NCBI GenBank assembly: GCA_035084275.1
Contig: CM068757.1
Location: forward strand, 2,790,001 to 2,854,000
Direction of reading: 5' to 3'
Length of the DNA: 64,000 nt
Source of the DNA: Hydrolagus colliei
Lineage: Eukaryota
Shown here: piece by piece, positions 50,181-63,334 of the stretch
How the letters are laid out: each line of letters starts with the position of its first letter
Position numbering within the stretch: the first letter of the stretch is position 1
Translations under genes and position numbers: made by a program
Notes under the pieces: generated by a model
What the model was told of the DNA's origin: nothing
What the model saw: the letters and a program-made list of their open reading frames with translations, nothing else
The model's database searches: none

Positions 50181-52089
50181 TTTCACCTTAGTTGGTGAAT
50201 TAGCAATATTTAGGTGCTACCTGCAGTATAGAGCAGAGAAGGGGGTGGAACTGCAAGTTGGTCGGGCGGAACTCTTGCCTTCTGTACCTCGCCAGATCCC
50301 AAACTAACTGTTTGTGGAGAGACTACGCAGGTCGTGGTGGACACGAGCACAGTCGGTCACCATCCTCTCGCTCACAGTGATTTGAGGGAAGATCTCAGTA
50401 GGTGGGTTACAATGGCGATTAACACATACCAATGTTTCGTAATTGACTGGCTATATTGTCTGTCTCAGTATCCTTTTATGGATTCGCCCATCTGGAAATA
50501 GAAGGTAATTTGTAAGCAGACAAATGTACAGAATTAATTAATTTTCCCCTCCCACCCTAAAACGTAAAAGGTTTATTTTTAACTTTTGCGGGTGCATATG
50601 TATGTTCCAATAATGATGGCTTGCTTGGCTGTCTCTTTTTAAAAAAATTTGTACTGTACATTTTGTTAGCCGAGCTATTTTTAGTTGAATGCAGAACATC
50701 ATGCAATATGTCCAAATGAAGTGTCCTGTTATTGATGTTTGAGTGTAGCATTGCTGTCAGGTAAATAATTAATACACTCTAAAATATTAATAGATGAGAG
50801 AACGAACAATGTTATTGCTTCTCAAAATATCACTTTAAATGAATCATATCTCTATCTAACTATGAGCGACTGGGCTGATTCCCTTTGATTATATGACAGC
50901 TTTTGAAATATACCTGAAATAATAGTCTGAATTTAAATACTCAAATCCAAAGATCAGTGAGTCTGATAGAAGTTAGTCCCTGATATAAGCAGATTTTTAA
51001 ATATATATATATACCAATCCATGGCTTTTTGTTTCCTAATTGGGTTTTACAGATGGAATTCTAGTTAAAAGTAATTTTCACATCAACCCAGTACAATTGT
51101 AGAGAAGGATTTCATTGAAGTACACTGTGCCCCAGTCTCTACTCCTGTTAAATACAATAAAACTCAATGCTAGTCAGTAAATCCCCAAGATGACCAGCTT
51201 TGAACTTGCTTACTGGCTAAACTCTTTCCTCCTAAGAGTAACATCTTTGATGCAGCTGTTGCTGAACAGTTGTTCAAACAATTCATTACAGGACAAATGA
51301 AAGAGACCAGATAAAACTCAACCGCATCCTTCTGCTTGGTCTTGGTCATAAAACTAGAAGCAACATAACATAAATGTGTCTTTATTATGCAGCATATTGG
51401 TTTGGTGTTTGGGATGTTACAGTATAAATCATGCAAAGTTAACAATTGACATAAGTATTCTGCTGAAATGTGGAGTGACTGCCTTGTATCTCACTGGTAG
51501 TAGTAATACATTATCTATACACAAGGCATGTTGGTGACACATGGGATTTTTTCAGACCTAATTATTTTCTTCAAATTTGAGGCCTCGGCGTTAGAAGTGG
51601 CATTTATCTGGGAAGACACACCTATTAAAATCATTAAGGTGTCTCCCTGTTGGTGAACTTTAAATGTGGGTATCCCATTCACACTGATCAGCTTTCTGTT
51701 TAGCTCAAGGTTTTTTGTATCATTTGAAGATCTTCTGCAGAGAATGTAAATTTCTTGCTGAAATGATGTTTCGACAGGTATGTAAAATACTGGTCCTTTG
51801 GGGAAACAGAAACTAGAGCATAGCAGCGTGTTACAGATCAGAGGATCAAATGTACAGCCCCTGGCCTGATGTGGCCTTTCCTGTTTTTTTGTGTAGTCAA
51901 AGCAAAGATATAAATCCTTGTCAAGAAGACTTAAATTCCCCCAGGCTAGGGGAGGGAGAGACATCGGAAATAATAGGATCACACCAATTGTTCTTATCGT
52001 CAATATGGCATTGCATAACAAATCCATCCTCTTTAGGTTCGTATCAATCCACAAAAAAAGGAATATTAAGCATATTCATGAGCTGATAA

Positions 52090-52840
52090 ACTGCAACCTT
52101 ATCTGCCTGTTCAGTTGCATGACATGACATTGTCTGAAGAGAGAAGGCATTTTCTCCCAGTGTCTTGGACAACAATCCTGCAGGAAAACAAATCAATCAC
52201 TCACTTACTTCATGGCTCCTTGTGGGGCATTGCTGTGCACAAATTGGCTTTTGCATTCACCTACAAATACACAGTCACTACACTTTACGGTAAGTCCTGT
52301 CATGTGCTTTTAGATGTTTTGACGACGCGATACGGCTCTATGTCAATTGCAAGGTTTATTATTGTTGTTATCCGTATTTCTTTCAGTTGAGATAGACATC
52401 CGTACCAATTCAAAAGAGAGGGGATTTCTCCCCAAATCATGACCAACAGTCCCTTCGGAATTATTGGTCATTTGTTTCATGGTTGTTCATGGGGCATTAC
52501 AGCAGGCAAAATCACTTCTATGTTTTACCTACAAAAAACGATTTGCTGCATCTGATAGGAGCTACTGTGAAGCTCTTTAAGACGTTTCAATACCAAGGGG
52601 TGGGTGAAACTTTGGGCAAATTTCTTTACTCCACACGCCTGATAATAATCCCTCAAAAAAAATTGGTCATTTTAATCCACGACTGTTTGTTGCACACTGA
52701 CTGCTCTGCTCAATTGGCTGCTGCGTTTTGTGAACAAAATATACAGTGCAGACAATTCACTTTATTGTATATTCTGTGAAGCGCTTTGAGATGTCTAGAA
52801 GATGTGAAAAGCGTTATATTAAATGCCAGCGTTATTTGAT
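52090..52840 (+). mobile_element. Three head-to-tail SINE remnants (two old Deu-type at about 52090-52370 and 52405-52590; one younger at about 52600-52840)
   Basis: Repeated gagag..gg.atttctccc...ggggcatt...gtgaagc.ctt blocks; the third copy has ctttgggcaaatttctttactccacacgcctgataataatccctc. Confidence 0.75.
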
Positions 52841-53571
52841 TCATCCTTTCTTTATTTATCTATCAGTTTGCTTCACCTATCCCAGAGTCTTGACCATTGT
52901 TTTGTGAAATGAACTTCATGCGCTCTGCCTCACTCCAAGCCCAACGCAATCGTATTCCAGCGCTTTGTTTCAGATATGAGAAAAACCATGGAGGAAAAAT
53001 GTCCATCATCAACCTCCCCCCCCCATCCCTTCCACTCCTCCCCTCTCCTACTTTCCTTTGACTGAAGCCTGGATTCGGCCCAAGATCTAAGTGGAAAGAA
53101 ATTTCGAGGGCAGGTAAAAAAAGAATTGACATTGACCGAACTTGCTATGGGTTCAGCAAGCACCACCATTAACAACAGAGTGTGATCAAAAGCAATGGGT
53201 CACCGAGCCTGCCTTTGTGTCCTCATTTTTCCTGCAGCTTTCTCCATCAAACACAAAGCTGGCAGAGTAACATTCATCAAACTTACATTTCCCTCTCAGA
53301 TGGATGCAATGTGCTTTTTTTTCGTCCTCCAACGTGACCCAATTGCATGCCGAATTCCATGCCGTATTATAAGTTTGGGTGAGTGTTTTGTGATTGGCAT
53401 TGAATCGCGCTCCCGTGCTCTGCAGCTCTCACCGTGAGTTTCAATTTATACCGTCCACGCTGATGGCAGAAAATCAAGTTGCCACAAAAATAACCGCATT
53501 TACATTACGGCTGGCTCCTGAAAACGTTCTGCTGTTCTGCTCAGAAGGAGGCTGGAAAATTCACACAAATA

Positions 53572-54375
53572 CTAATAATATTAATCCTTGCATTTGATAT
53601 AGCACTTTTCCTGTCTTCTAGATGTCTCAAAGTGCTTCACAGAATATACTGTAAGGTGAATTGACTGTATACAGTATTTTGTGGGTGAACGTTTACTTGC
53701 AACATCATCCTTCATTTTATATGTAATTGCAGCAAACAAAGCCATTCAAAAGCAACCTATTTGCAGGTAGAATAATCATGAAAGCATTTTTACACATGGT
53801 TGATACAGTGTCCCTAGGAGAATGCCTCAAAGTGCTTCACCGGATTTACTATTAAGTGCGATGACTGTGTATTTTGTAAATGAATGCAGCAGCCAATTTG
53901 CTAAAAGTCCCACAAATAGTCATGACTGACTAATTTTCATGTGGGGATGGGGGTGGTGGGGTGGAGATGGTGTTCAGAACACTGAGAGAACCTCCCTATT
54001 GGATTTTACACTGCAAAGGGTTATTGTAATCGAGTGATCCCGTTGCGTTTACAATCATTGTTTTTCCCGCTGCATTAGATGGGAGGGTGGGTGGGGGGGT
54101 GGGAATTTTAATCCAAAATGATTCTTGCTCTCAACTGAAGCCTCATTTTCAGATCAATCAGCTTGTCTCAAAGCTTACTGTCAATATTTGCAGCAAGTTG
54201 GTTTCAAAGGGAAAGAAGCATTTCAAATAACGTTTGTACCTAAATTGCTGATAATAATCCCTGCATTTAATACAGCGCCTTTTCACATCAACACGCCTCA
54301 AAGCGGTTTGTGGAGTATTCTGTCACGTGCAGGCCCCTGTGCGTTTGTAGGTGAATGTAGCAGCGCTCCATCACA
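53572..54375 (-). mobile_element. Cluster of three minus-strand SINE 3' fragments (about 53572-53690, 53775-54000, 54250-54375)
   Basis: Each contains the (g/c)(t/c)ctcaaag(t/c)g tail block of the family in reverse orientation. Confidence 0.75.
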
Positions 54376-54765
54376 TGCTAGGTTCATGATGATTATTATT
54401 ATTATCATTATTCTTATTATCTTAGTGCTCATGCCATGGTCGATTGCACATAGCCCGCAGTGGGATTTGGGTTGGCGGCTTTTTCTCATTCCAGGCTCGT
54501 TTTAGGATCTATAGGTGCGTAAGGTTTGTGTTGCTTTGAATTTGTTGATCGTCCCACTGTTCAAACAATCTATTCCCCGGGTCATGTGTACCTTCAAAAA
54601 AATGAACTTGAATGTCTGTGAACCGTCATGGTTCAAATTTAGAATCACTCCACCACTCAACCCCATGAGCTAAAATGGACTGTTCAGGACTTTGAGAAGT
54701 AGGCAGTGAGCTGTGAGACAGAACACCAGAAATAATTTTGAAAATCACCAAGTGGAGGCTAAGAA

Positions 54766-54767
54766 AG

Positions 54768-54798
<31 letters not shown>
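54766..54798. repeat. (GA)n microsatellite
   Basis: Direct reading of the sequence. Confidence 0.9.
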
Positions 54799-55671
54799 AA
54801 AATATTCATCACATCAAAGGGATAGGAATTTAATCCCATGTGGGCTATGCATTGAGGCAACTCTTAAAAGTCAATCTCCAAAACCGACATAAAGTGGAAT
54901 ATTCGAGAGGGAGAATAAGAGAGCGAACAGAGGTATCGCGGGGAGAATAAAAATAGGGCAAGAAATATATTTGGTTTGTTTGAATGGAGCGAAGGGGTTG
55001 CAGAATGAGTTGCAGTCTTTAGAATTTGCAGGGAGTTTTCAATGTGTCTCTGCAGCAAATGTTGTTTGATTGGATGTTGCCTTGGATGTTGATGCTCCTT
55101 AGCGTATGAAGTCTTTTAATATAATTCGACATACGTGAGTTAATATTATCGGATCAGAGTGTATGTCTTTTAGCCATCATGGGGTGCCCTGCTATTTCCT
55201 TCACATCTCACACTGAGATCAGCTCCACATGCATTTCATCTTCCAATCTATATGTCATTGATGGAGATCAAAAGAACTTCAGTAACTCTGGATTTTCAGG
55301 CGTTTTAATAAATAACCAAGAATTATGATCTGAAGATCTGCCTCCTTCCCTCCCTCACGTTGACTTTGCACTTGTCTCACTCTCTTATGCATGCATCACA
55401 TATCGCTGAATCGAAAAAGATACTAATGAGAACCAGTGTTAATATATATGTTACTGTGGCTTCAGCAGGTGTCAAAATGAAGCCAATTCTGCTGCCGCCA
55501 GAATCATGACAGACAATATCAGGGAGATGTGAAGAGGAACAATTGTGGTAGGCAAGGCACCGATTGTAAAACCATTTGAACACTCTGAGGTATGATTTTT
55601 TTTTGAATGTCATGCGTTGAAATGTATGCGATATAAACTGGGCCTGTGTATCATCGAGTCCTGTAAAATGT

Positions 55672-56005
55672 GGAGTCCCGTAGTTCAGTGGTTAGAGCAT
55701 TCGTCTTGCAAAGTGAGAGACCTATGTTTGATTCCCAGCAGGACAAAACCTTGGCTAGGTTTCCTTACTCAGTACGCCTGATAGCAAGCTCTCACGAAAC
55801 AAAAAAAATGATAATTTGGTCACTCAATCCATGACTGTTTGTGGAACACTGCTGTACGCGATTGGTTGTCACTTTTCGCCCACACAATACAGTTAATTCA
55901 CTTTACAGTATATGAGACGTCTCGAACACATGAAAAGTGTCACATCAAATGCAAGGAGGAGGAAGATGATGATGATGATTATTATCTATAATATTATTAT
56001 TATTA
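55672..56005 (+). mobile_element. Near full-length tRNA-derived SINE
   Basis: ggagtcccgtagttcagtggttagagc...gtttgattccc head, body, tail atcaaatgcaagg and a simple-repeat end. Confidence 0.9.
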
Positions 56006-57039
56006 TCGGTGCCAAGAAAGAAACCATTTCTGTAGAAACCAGGAAGTAAGTTATAGCAATGTGGTCGCTAGGCTTCTGTGATGTCATTTGCTATCGATGC
56101 AGAAATAAAAATAAAAACAAGGATGTTAACAGTTAAACCTCTTTCAATCTTGGTGATGATTCACCATTCTCTTCGAAGCGGTCACTAAATGCCGCAGACC
56201 CTGCTTCACTGGGACACTTCCATGTTTTATACACATGTTACGTGTATGTAGGTGCAGTGGAAAAGTCATCGTTAAAATTGCTGTGTTGCCTTTCCACTGG
56301 GAAAGCAGATTAGGTTGTCTGTTCTTGCCTGTCACCTGCTGGGCAATAATGGATCTTCGGATGCATTGAGTTCATTTGTCCGAAATGTACCGAATAAAAA
56401 GCAGCATATGCTTTTGGTAATGGATATCATTGGGTAGTTCTTGCCTCAGTTCCTGTAACGCTTAGCATTAAAGCTTCTGTTTCAAGGAGAATTCTACTGG
56501 ACTGTCACACAATATGAAATTAAGGAGAGAGAGCGCGGAATGGGATTACAGTAAAAAAAACTAATAATACAGTAGAGCAACCTCGATTGGTTGAATGACC
56601 TACCGCTGTTCGTAACATTAAAATGTTATAAAGGGCGATAATGGCACTCAATGTTGTCCCAGTGGTCTCTTGTGGCTCCTGTTTTTTTTAAAAAAATATG
56701 TTGTGTTCTGCTGAATGCAACCAGTCTGGGAACAGACATTCTGTGTAATAACTCCCTCCTGCTTCCCTCGCTCCGAACCACCCCCACTGTGACCCGCCAC
56801 CGTAACCTACCATCCCCAAACAGCAGATCATAATGTCCTCATGATCATACCGCGGAGAATTCCACACAGAAATCTGTCCACCAACAGCTTTGAAACATAA
56901 AACAAAGCGATAAGAAATGACCGGACAATGCTATTAAGTGCATTTATACACTTTATAGCAGCCAGCTAATGTCATTGGGCCTGACTTACAATACTGGAGA
57001 AGCTGGACTAGAATTCAATTAAGTGTAAATGATTGTTGA

Positions 57040-57375
57040 AACGTCTTGCATTTTGAAGCTAATTTGGCTAATTTGGTACAGTTCTTGTAACACGAAAAAG
57101 TCTCAAAGCACTTCAAAGGAAATCGCTGGTAAGTGCAGTGACTGCGTGGATCGGTATAAAGTCGGTCGTCAAGTCAGGCACAATGAGTTCCACAAACTGA
57201 CACGAAGTGAATGATTAACCTTGACCTCGTTGAACAGCTCGCTTGAAGGACGTCCGTCTAGCATGTCGCACAGTATTGGAGTATCAGTCTAGCCTGTGAC
57301 CTCAAGGTTGTCAAGTACATTTAGAACCGTAACCTTTTCACCACAGAAGTCAAACGACTACTGTACCAACAAGAG
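57040..57375 (-). mobile_element. Degenerate Deu-domain (SacSINE1-like) SINE
   Basis: Tail gtctcaaagcacttca...gttccacaaac; head-side cagtattggagtatcagtctag...gaaccgtaaccttt (reverse complement of a head like that at 9172). Confidence 0.5.
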
Positions 57376-58240
57376 CATATTTTTTTTAATCAGATGGTAA
57401 ATTGGTGAACGGTTGCAATGGAGTGAAACTCACAACAAATCCACAATGCAGTAATTATTACATCAAAATCTGTTCTGATAGGAAATGCTGCGTCTATCGC
57501 CTCCATTATGTTGGATTTGGCTTTCAGAGGACAGCAGCGGCAGCGTAATATTGTGACGGATGTAGCCGTGTGTGAAGGAGAAGTAAGGTATGAGCTGCAT
57601 GTGCAGCCTGCGAGGGTTGGCACTATTGTGACAGCTTATGCTATTTGTACTGAAGTGTGCAGGGGTCTGCCCCTCTAGCTGCAGTCAAGATGGCACAGCG
57701 GGAGTGAATACAAGTTCAGCGGTATGTCGCCATACCTGAGTACATTTGACCAAGCCTTAATAGGACACTGGGCTACTTTGAGGGTCTGGAGTGACAGGGG
57801 TGGGAAGGATGCGCAATGATAGATGTCGAAACATTTGCAGAAGTTGTGACTGAGCCACTGACAGGAACTGGCTTTGCTCAGAGTTTAAACTGGAATCCTA
57901 CTAACCCCGTTATCCCACTGTACACAAGTGTTTGTGACTGGCAAAATAGGCTGAATTATAAACTTGCTGCAATTTCGAGGTACAGTTGAAATGTCTCTAT
58001 GTTCGTGTCACTGTTATTGCACTTTTTCTTTTGGCATTGTACGATCAGCACTCCTAGCAAGTGACCAAGTACTCTTTGAGTCTATGTTTGATGTTGGGAA
58101 AGAGTATCTTCTATATCTTCTTTTTCCTGCTCCGATTCCCCACAACAGCAACAGCGAAACCTTGAAATATCTAGGGTAAGAGAGCGAGTATTTCCAGAGA
58201 GAGCATGGCAAGTTATTCCGACTCACCCCTTAGTGGGGAG

Positions 58241-58525
58241 AATAATAATCCTGATGTACACATCTTCTGGATGTCTCAAAGCGCTTCACAGAATGCACTG
58301 TAAAGTGAATTGACTGTATATTTGTGGGCGAAACGCGGCAGACAATTGCACACAGCAGTGTCCCCACAAACAGTCGTGGATTGAAATGACCAATTTATTA
58401 TTTTGTTTGAGGGATTATTATTAGGCATGTGGAGTAAGGAAATTTGCCCAAGGTTTCGCCCTGCCTAGATTCGAACACAGGTCTCACGCTTGTAAAGCGA
58501 GTGCTCTAACCACCCTACAGGACTC
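58241..58525 (-). mobile_element. Near full-length tRNA-derived SINE (reference copy for this window)
   Basis: Reverse complement GAGTCCTGTAG..GTGGTTAGAGCACTCGCTTTACAAGCGTGAGACCTGTGTTCGAATC...GGCGAAACCTTGGGCAAATTTCCTTACTCCAC...GACTGTTTGTGGGGACACTGCTGTGTGCAATTG...GTGAAGCGCTTTGAGAC...(ATT)n. Confidence 0.9.
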
Positions 58526-59979
58526 TACTTTGTCACACAGAAAGTTGACCTTGTTTTTCTCTGACTGGCAGATATTTGCTTTGAGATGCATATTCCTCTG
58601 TTCCAAATGGAGAGACAGAAGGAGAAGGCAAAACAGATTTTTGGTCTTCTTCAAGCACCTGGTTAGTAATACAATAATTGACTGCCTTAAGCAGTTGGAG
58701 AGCTGAACACCTGACAAGGATTTGAAGAACGAAACTGCAACCAAGAATTTAATTCCTTGTTTATTCCCCTGATTTCCATTGCGATAGATACCCACAGACC
58801 CGGAACAGTGATTCAATCATTGCAACAACAGTGGCAGGAGTGTAGTTCAGTGAATCAATTTCCACAACTTCCTAGGTGCATCTAGGGAAGGGAGGCAGAG
58901 GCTTGAATGCATACAAAGGTGTGAAGGCCATGACAAATACTGGATTCAACTTATCGTATAGGTTTGAGAACTGGTTTCTAAGTAACCTGAGGCACATAGT
59001 TTCTGATATTCCCTTCTCCATTTTCCTCATAGGATATCTAGCCACTGGCAGTGAGCACCAATAGAGAGCAATTGACATGCTGTGGTCAGTCATGCAGAGT
59101 TGTTTTAAATTGAGAAAACTTGTGAACATTTCTCTGGGCTGTGTACAATCCCTTTGCCAAAACCTCATTGATGCCCTGTCTGGGTGGGCTGTTGCCTTGC
59201 ATTGTTCCTGGCTAGAATAAGGAGTGGTCCGTTCAACCTGTACACGGCTGCGTTGGGAGTCATTGGCACTGGAGGTGAATTGGTACAGACTCCCTTGCTC
59301 ACTCCCTTCGCCTCGCCCTCTCTTCCTACTTTCAGATCTCGGCTACAGACCTTTCTTTTCGACCGCCCATTCGGTCACCTTTCATCCGCTATTGGGAAAT
59401 CCAAGTTGTTGTCGTTGACCTGTAAATGACAGTAACAGCCATCGGTGTCAAGTGGGAGAGGCATACATAAAAGTAACAATTTAATTGAATGCCTTTCATA
59501 TTGAGACAACGTCTCAAAGCACTTCATGGGATTCACTGTGAAGCGAAACGACTATGTAATTTTTTTCCGGCAGCCAATTTCACCCAGCAACGTCCCACAA
59601 ACAGCCATGAAGTGAGTGACTGGATCATTCGGGAGGGTGTGATATGTGGCGTGATCTCTGCTGAGGTCACCTCAATGGGGAATCCAAGATATTGCGATAA
59701 ACACCGACATTGGTGCAGTGTCAGTTACGTATGTTGACGGAAGATCTGCGTTTAAAGTAATGCCTGTCTAGAGCTGTCACTTTTGGAACTAACAGCTGAA
59801 ATAGGGTCGCTTTATCGATTTTGCCACAGTGCCAACCCTTTCTGTCAAACAGCAAATAACGCTATTTTGTCATGGCTATTGTTAGGAGATATATTCTCTC
59901 TCTGTTGTAACCACAAAACAACCCTGGAGCTCTCCATCTGAACTGTGACATTGTTTTTCTAGGAAATGTAATTAGTTTG

Positions 59980-60075
59980 GTTAAGTTGGCAGTACTTTTG
60001 CCTCTAGGTCAGAAAGTTGTGAGTTTGAGCTACTATTTAGATAGTCACACAGTGCAATGCTAAGACAGTACTGGG
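59980..60075 (+). mobile_element. Deu-type SINE tRNA head fragment
   Basis: gcagtacttttgcctctaggtcagaaagttgtgagttt resembles the head at 9172-9230. Confidence 0.55.
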
Positions 60076-60172
60076 AACATAGTAGCAACATAGGAACAGG
60101 AGTAGGCCATTCAGCCCTTCGAGCCAGTTCCGTCATTCTATCAGATCACGCCTGATCTGTACCTCAACTCCA
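60076..60172 (-). mobile_element. CR1 3' tail
   Basis: aacataggaacaggagtaggccattcagcccttcgagccagttccgtcattc...gatctgtacctcaactcca; the inner part is complementary to the CR1 3' UTR at 25330-25370. Confidence 0.8.
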
Positions 60173-60280
60173 AATACTGTTTCTGCCAGAATGACATATT
60201 TTCCAAGAGACATTGAATTGAAATCCTATCTTGCACGGACTGTGTTTTATCTGCCATTCGAGATTGCAGATAACCTTCTG

Positions 60281-60548
60281 AAGCTCTTGTAGCTCAGTGG
60301 ATAGAGCACTCGCCTTACAAGCGTGAGACCTGTGTTTGAATCCAGACAGATCGGGGCGAAACCTTGGGCAAGTTTCCTTACTCCACACACCTAATAATAA
60401 TCTGTCCACAAAAAAACGCAATAATAAAAATTGGTCATTTTCAATCCAGACTGTTTGTGGGGATGCTGCTGTGCTCGATTGGCTGCCGCGTTTCGCCTAC
60501 AAATATACAGTTACAGTGAGACATCAATAAGATGTGAAAAGTGCTTTA
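60281..60548 (+). mobile_element. tRNA-derived SINE
   Basis: tagctcagtggatagagcactcgccttacaagcgtgagacctgtgtttgaatcc...accttgggcaagtttccttactccacac...gactgtttgtgggg. Confidence 0.9.
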
Positions 60549-61929
60549 AAAAAACTCATTTATTTAAATCCATTTTAAATACATTTTTCCTAGAAATACA
60601 TTCATCAACAACTGTTTCCTCTGCTTGTAGCCTCTTAAATTGTCATCAATTGTTGTTTTATTTCTAAATTACTATAGGACTATATGGGAATAGAATTATT
60701 ACAACAGATCCACTTGGATATGGTATTTTGCCTTATCAAGATTCGCCATTTACACGTAGCTAGTTCTCTGGTGTTTTAGTTGGGAAGTTGATCAGAATAT
60801 AGATAAATGAGGTTTTACTTCAAATATGCTGTTCCTGTTAACTGGCCACATACTTTATATAGTCAATGCTTAACAGCCAGTCATAATACTGCAAATATCA
60901 ATTATTTGCATGAGGTTCTGCCAGACTGATTGAAGAGGTTGAGGAGAGCTAATGTAAGTTGCATGTGACTGAATTGTCTTTTCTCGTTCTTCACTTTATT
61001 ACAAAGCTTTTCTCAATAAATAAGCCAGTTGTTGAGTCAATCACTTCTACAAATCCAAATTCCCCGGTTTGTTCTCGGTGTTGTCCAGATATCATGTTGC
61101 AATTCAAAAACAACTCTTTTTTTTAAATTATCACAGATGCACCATTAACTAATCTTTATTAATCCTGAAGTTGAAAACATCTTTCCAGTTCAATTATTTT
61201 CCACTTTTACCCCCGTACAGTTTAATTGAATCAACTATGTGCTTCTTACGCTTTAGTTTCCATTGTGTAAAAAAAAATACCAACAGATACAAGATCTGTT
61301 AGCTCTCCATATCATTTTGTGATTAAGTTGCTTGCAACAGCAAAATTGTGGTTAGGAATCATTTTAGGATGAGGGTTATTATGCAGTCTGTGTACCACCA
61401 ATATTTATTATCACTTGATAAGGAATGTTTTGTGATATCCATGTATGCATCACAAGACCTATATTAACATTTAGAATATATGTTCACTTTGGGCATGTGT
61501 CTTGACCTATGTTTATTGAAACGTGAAACCTCCGTTTTATTAATGTTAACTACCTTTTTCACATTCAGTGCCTTTCTGAACAATTGCTCGACAAAGTTTC
61601 CCTGAGAGGGAGAAGTAACAGTGCATCATTTGTCATCATGATGTCAAGAACAATCACGCACTTTTCGTGAGATTTATTTTATTACACTGTGCGCTCGCAA
61701 ACAATCAAAAACAAGTTTGCCAAACAGTCTTTCATGAAGGTGATGACTTTAATGCATTATCTGCTTCGAAACTGACAAAAACAATTCTCGTCAAGTAGTT
61801 CAGCAGTTGCTCAGCTGGGTCTGACCAATCAATAGGTCCAGTGCAGTCCAACTGTCCACATCTGGCTCACTGGCTGATTTCATTACCCTCCCCACCCACC
61901 TTCATTTCCATTTTCATTCCATTCCACTT

Positions 61930-62070
61930 CTGTTTCGCCCACAAATATACAGTCAATTCACTTTACAGTGTATTCTGTGAAGCGCTTTGAAACATGTAGA
62001 AGACGTGAAAAGCGCTATATCAAATGCAAGGATTATATTATATATTTTTATTATTATTATTTTTATTATT
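61930..62070 (+). mobile_element. SINE 3' fragment, little diverged
   Basis: gtttcgcccacaaatatacagtcaattcactttacagtgtattctgtgaagcgctttga...gcgctatatcaaatgcaaggatt. Confidence 0.9.
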
Positions 62071-63212
62071 TCATCTAGCTCACCTCCTCCCTCCATAACC
62101 CATAAATGTTGTGTTATGTTTCTGGAAGAGAAACACAACAATTTTGCTCATGCAGCTCACGGATGTTTCTCAAGTAGGTCACCCAGCCCTCAGCTGCCCT
62201 GGTTTATATAGGGTTGAGGGTAAATGAAAACCATTCTCTATCTTTGTCGTGGGATCACTGCTGACCAGACCAGTCCCACTTTGTGTTTCAAAGGAGAGAC
62301 TTTAAATTGGGCAAAGGTGTATTAACTTACAAGCAATACAAATCGCTGTATAGAGAATGACGTCTCCCTTTAAATACAGGATACTTAAAATTCATCACAA
62401 ATTTCTGAGAGCACAAACTATGTTTTAAAAAAAAGCTAACTGTAAATACATTATTCGCATGGCTGCTGATCGCTGATATGCTATTAATCCTTTCTGCAAG
62501 TAAATTGTCAGTAAATTAAGATACTTGATTAACCAGCCAGCCACTTGTCAAATGATAATGGTAATTAACTACACATTGTGTAATTGTTGACAGTTTCGAA
62601 CTGTATCTAGCATTCTTGCTGTAAGTTCACTGCTGTTGAAAGCTGACAAGTAATTGCCAATATGTGGTAGTTGTAAAGTTTTTGACTTGCATGCACTTGA
62701 TTAGTATGCACTCCGTGCCCAGGAGAAGATGCGCTGAAACACTGCTCTTGTGTGAGATTTGTTTCTTTTTAAAATAAATTGATCTTTCAGTGCAGCTGGA
62801 TAATCCATCCAAGTAGAGTAGTCTGCGAGAGAAGCAGAGATAAGTATATCTTATTCAGCAGGCAACTACAATATCCCGACAGACTGTCTTGCTTAAAATA
62901 AGTTATTGTGAGCTTGTGGCAATTCAATGAAATAAGGGATTCTAATCGTGTCTTTGGAAGCTGAGTTATATATGAATTATATGTTCTATGGTGCTTTCTC
63001 TATTAATGAAGCAGCCATAAACAAATGTAAATCTGGGTATTCTGAGAGCATTATAATTTGCATTGTGGCCAAACTACTAGAAGTAGTGACTTATCTGGGA
63101 ATATTAGTAACGGAAGAGTTATGATGCAGGGTAAATTCTGCAAATTTTATTGAGTACTGAATTCTGGACATCATGGGTACACTTACACAGACATCTGCGG
63201 CTCTCGCTCGGA

Positions 63213-63300
63213 AGAATAATAATAAAAATAATAAAAATCCTTGCATTTCATTATTACATCTATGAAACGTCTCAAAGGGCTTCACTGGAGCAAGATGTCC
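63213..63300 (-). mobile_element. SINE tail fragment
   Basis: (AAT)n-atccttgcattt...acgtctcaaagggcttcac. Confidence 0.75.
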
Positions 63301-63334
63301 ACTTAGTCGATATATACATGTGCGCAACTGTGAA

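Noticed and set aside
55672-55745. tRNA genes (also at 46839, 48244, 58525, 60281 and 9172)
   Set aside because: There is no proper acceptor stem, the copies are variably mutated, and each continues into a SINE body.
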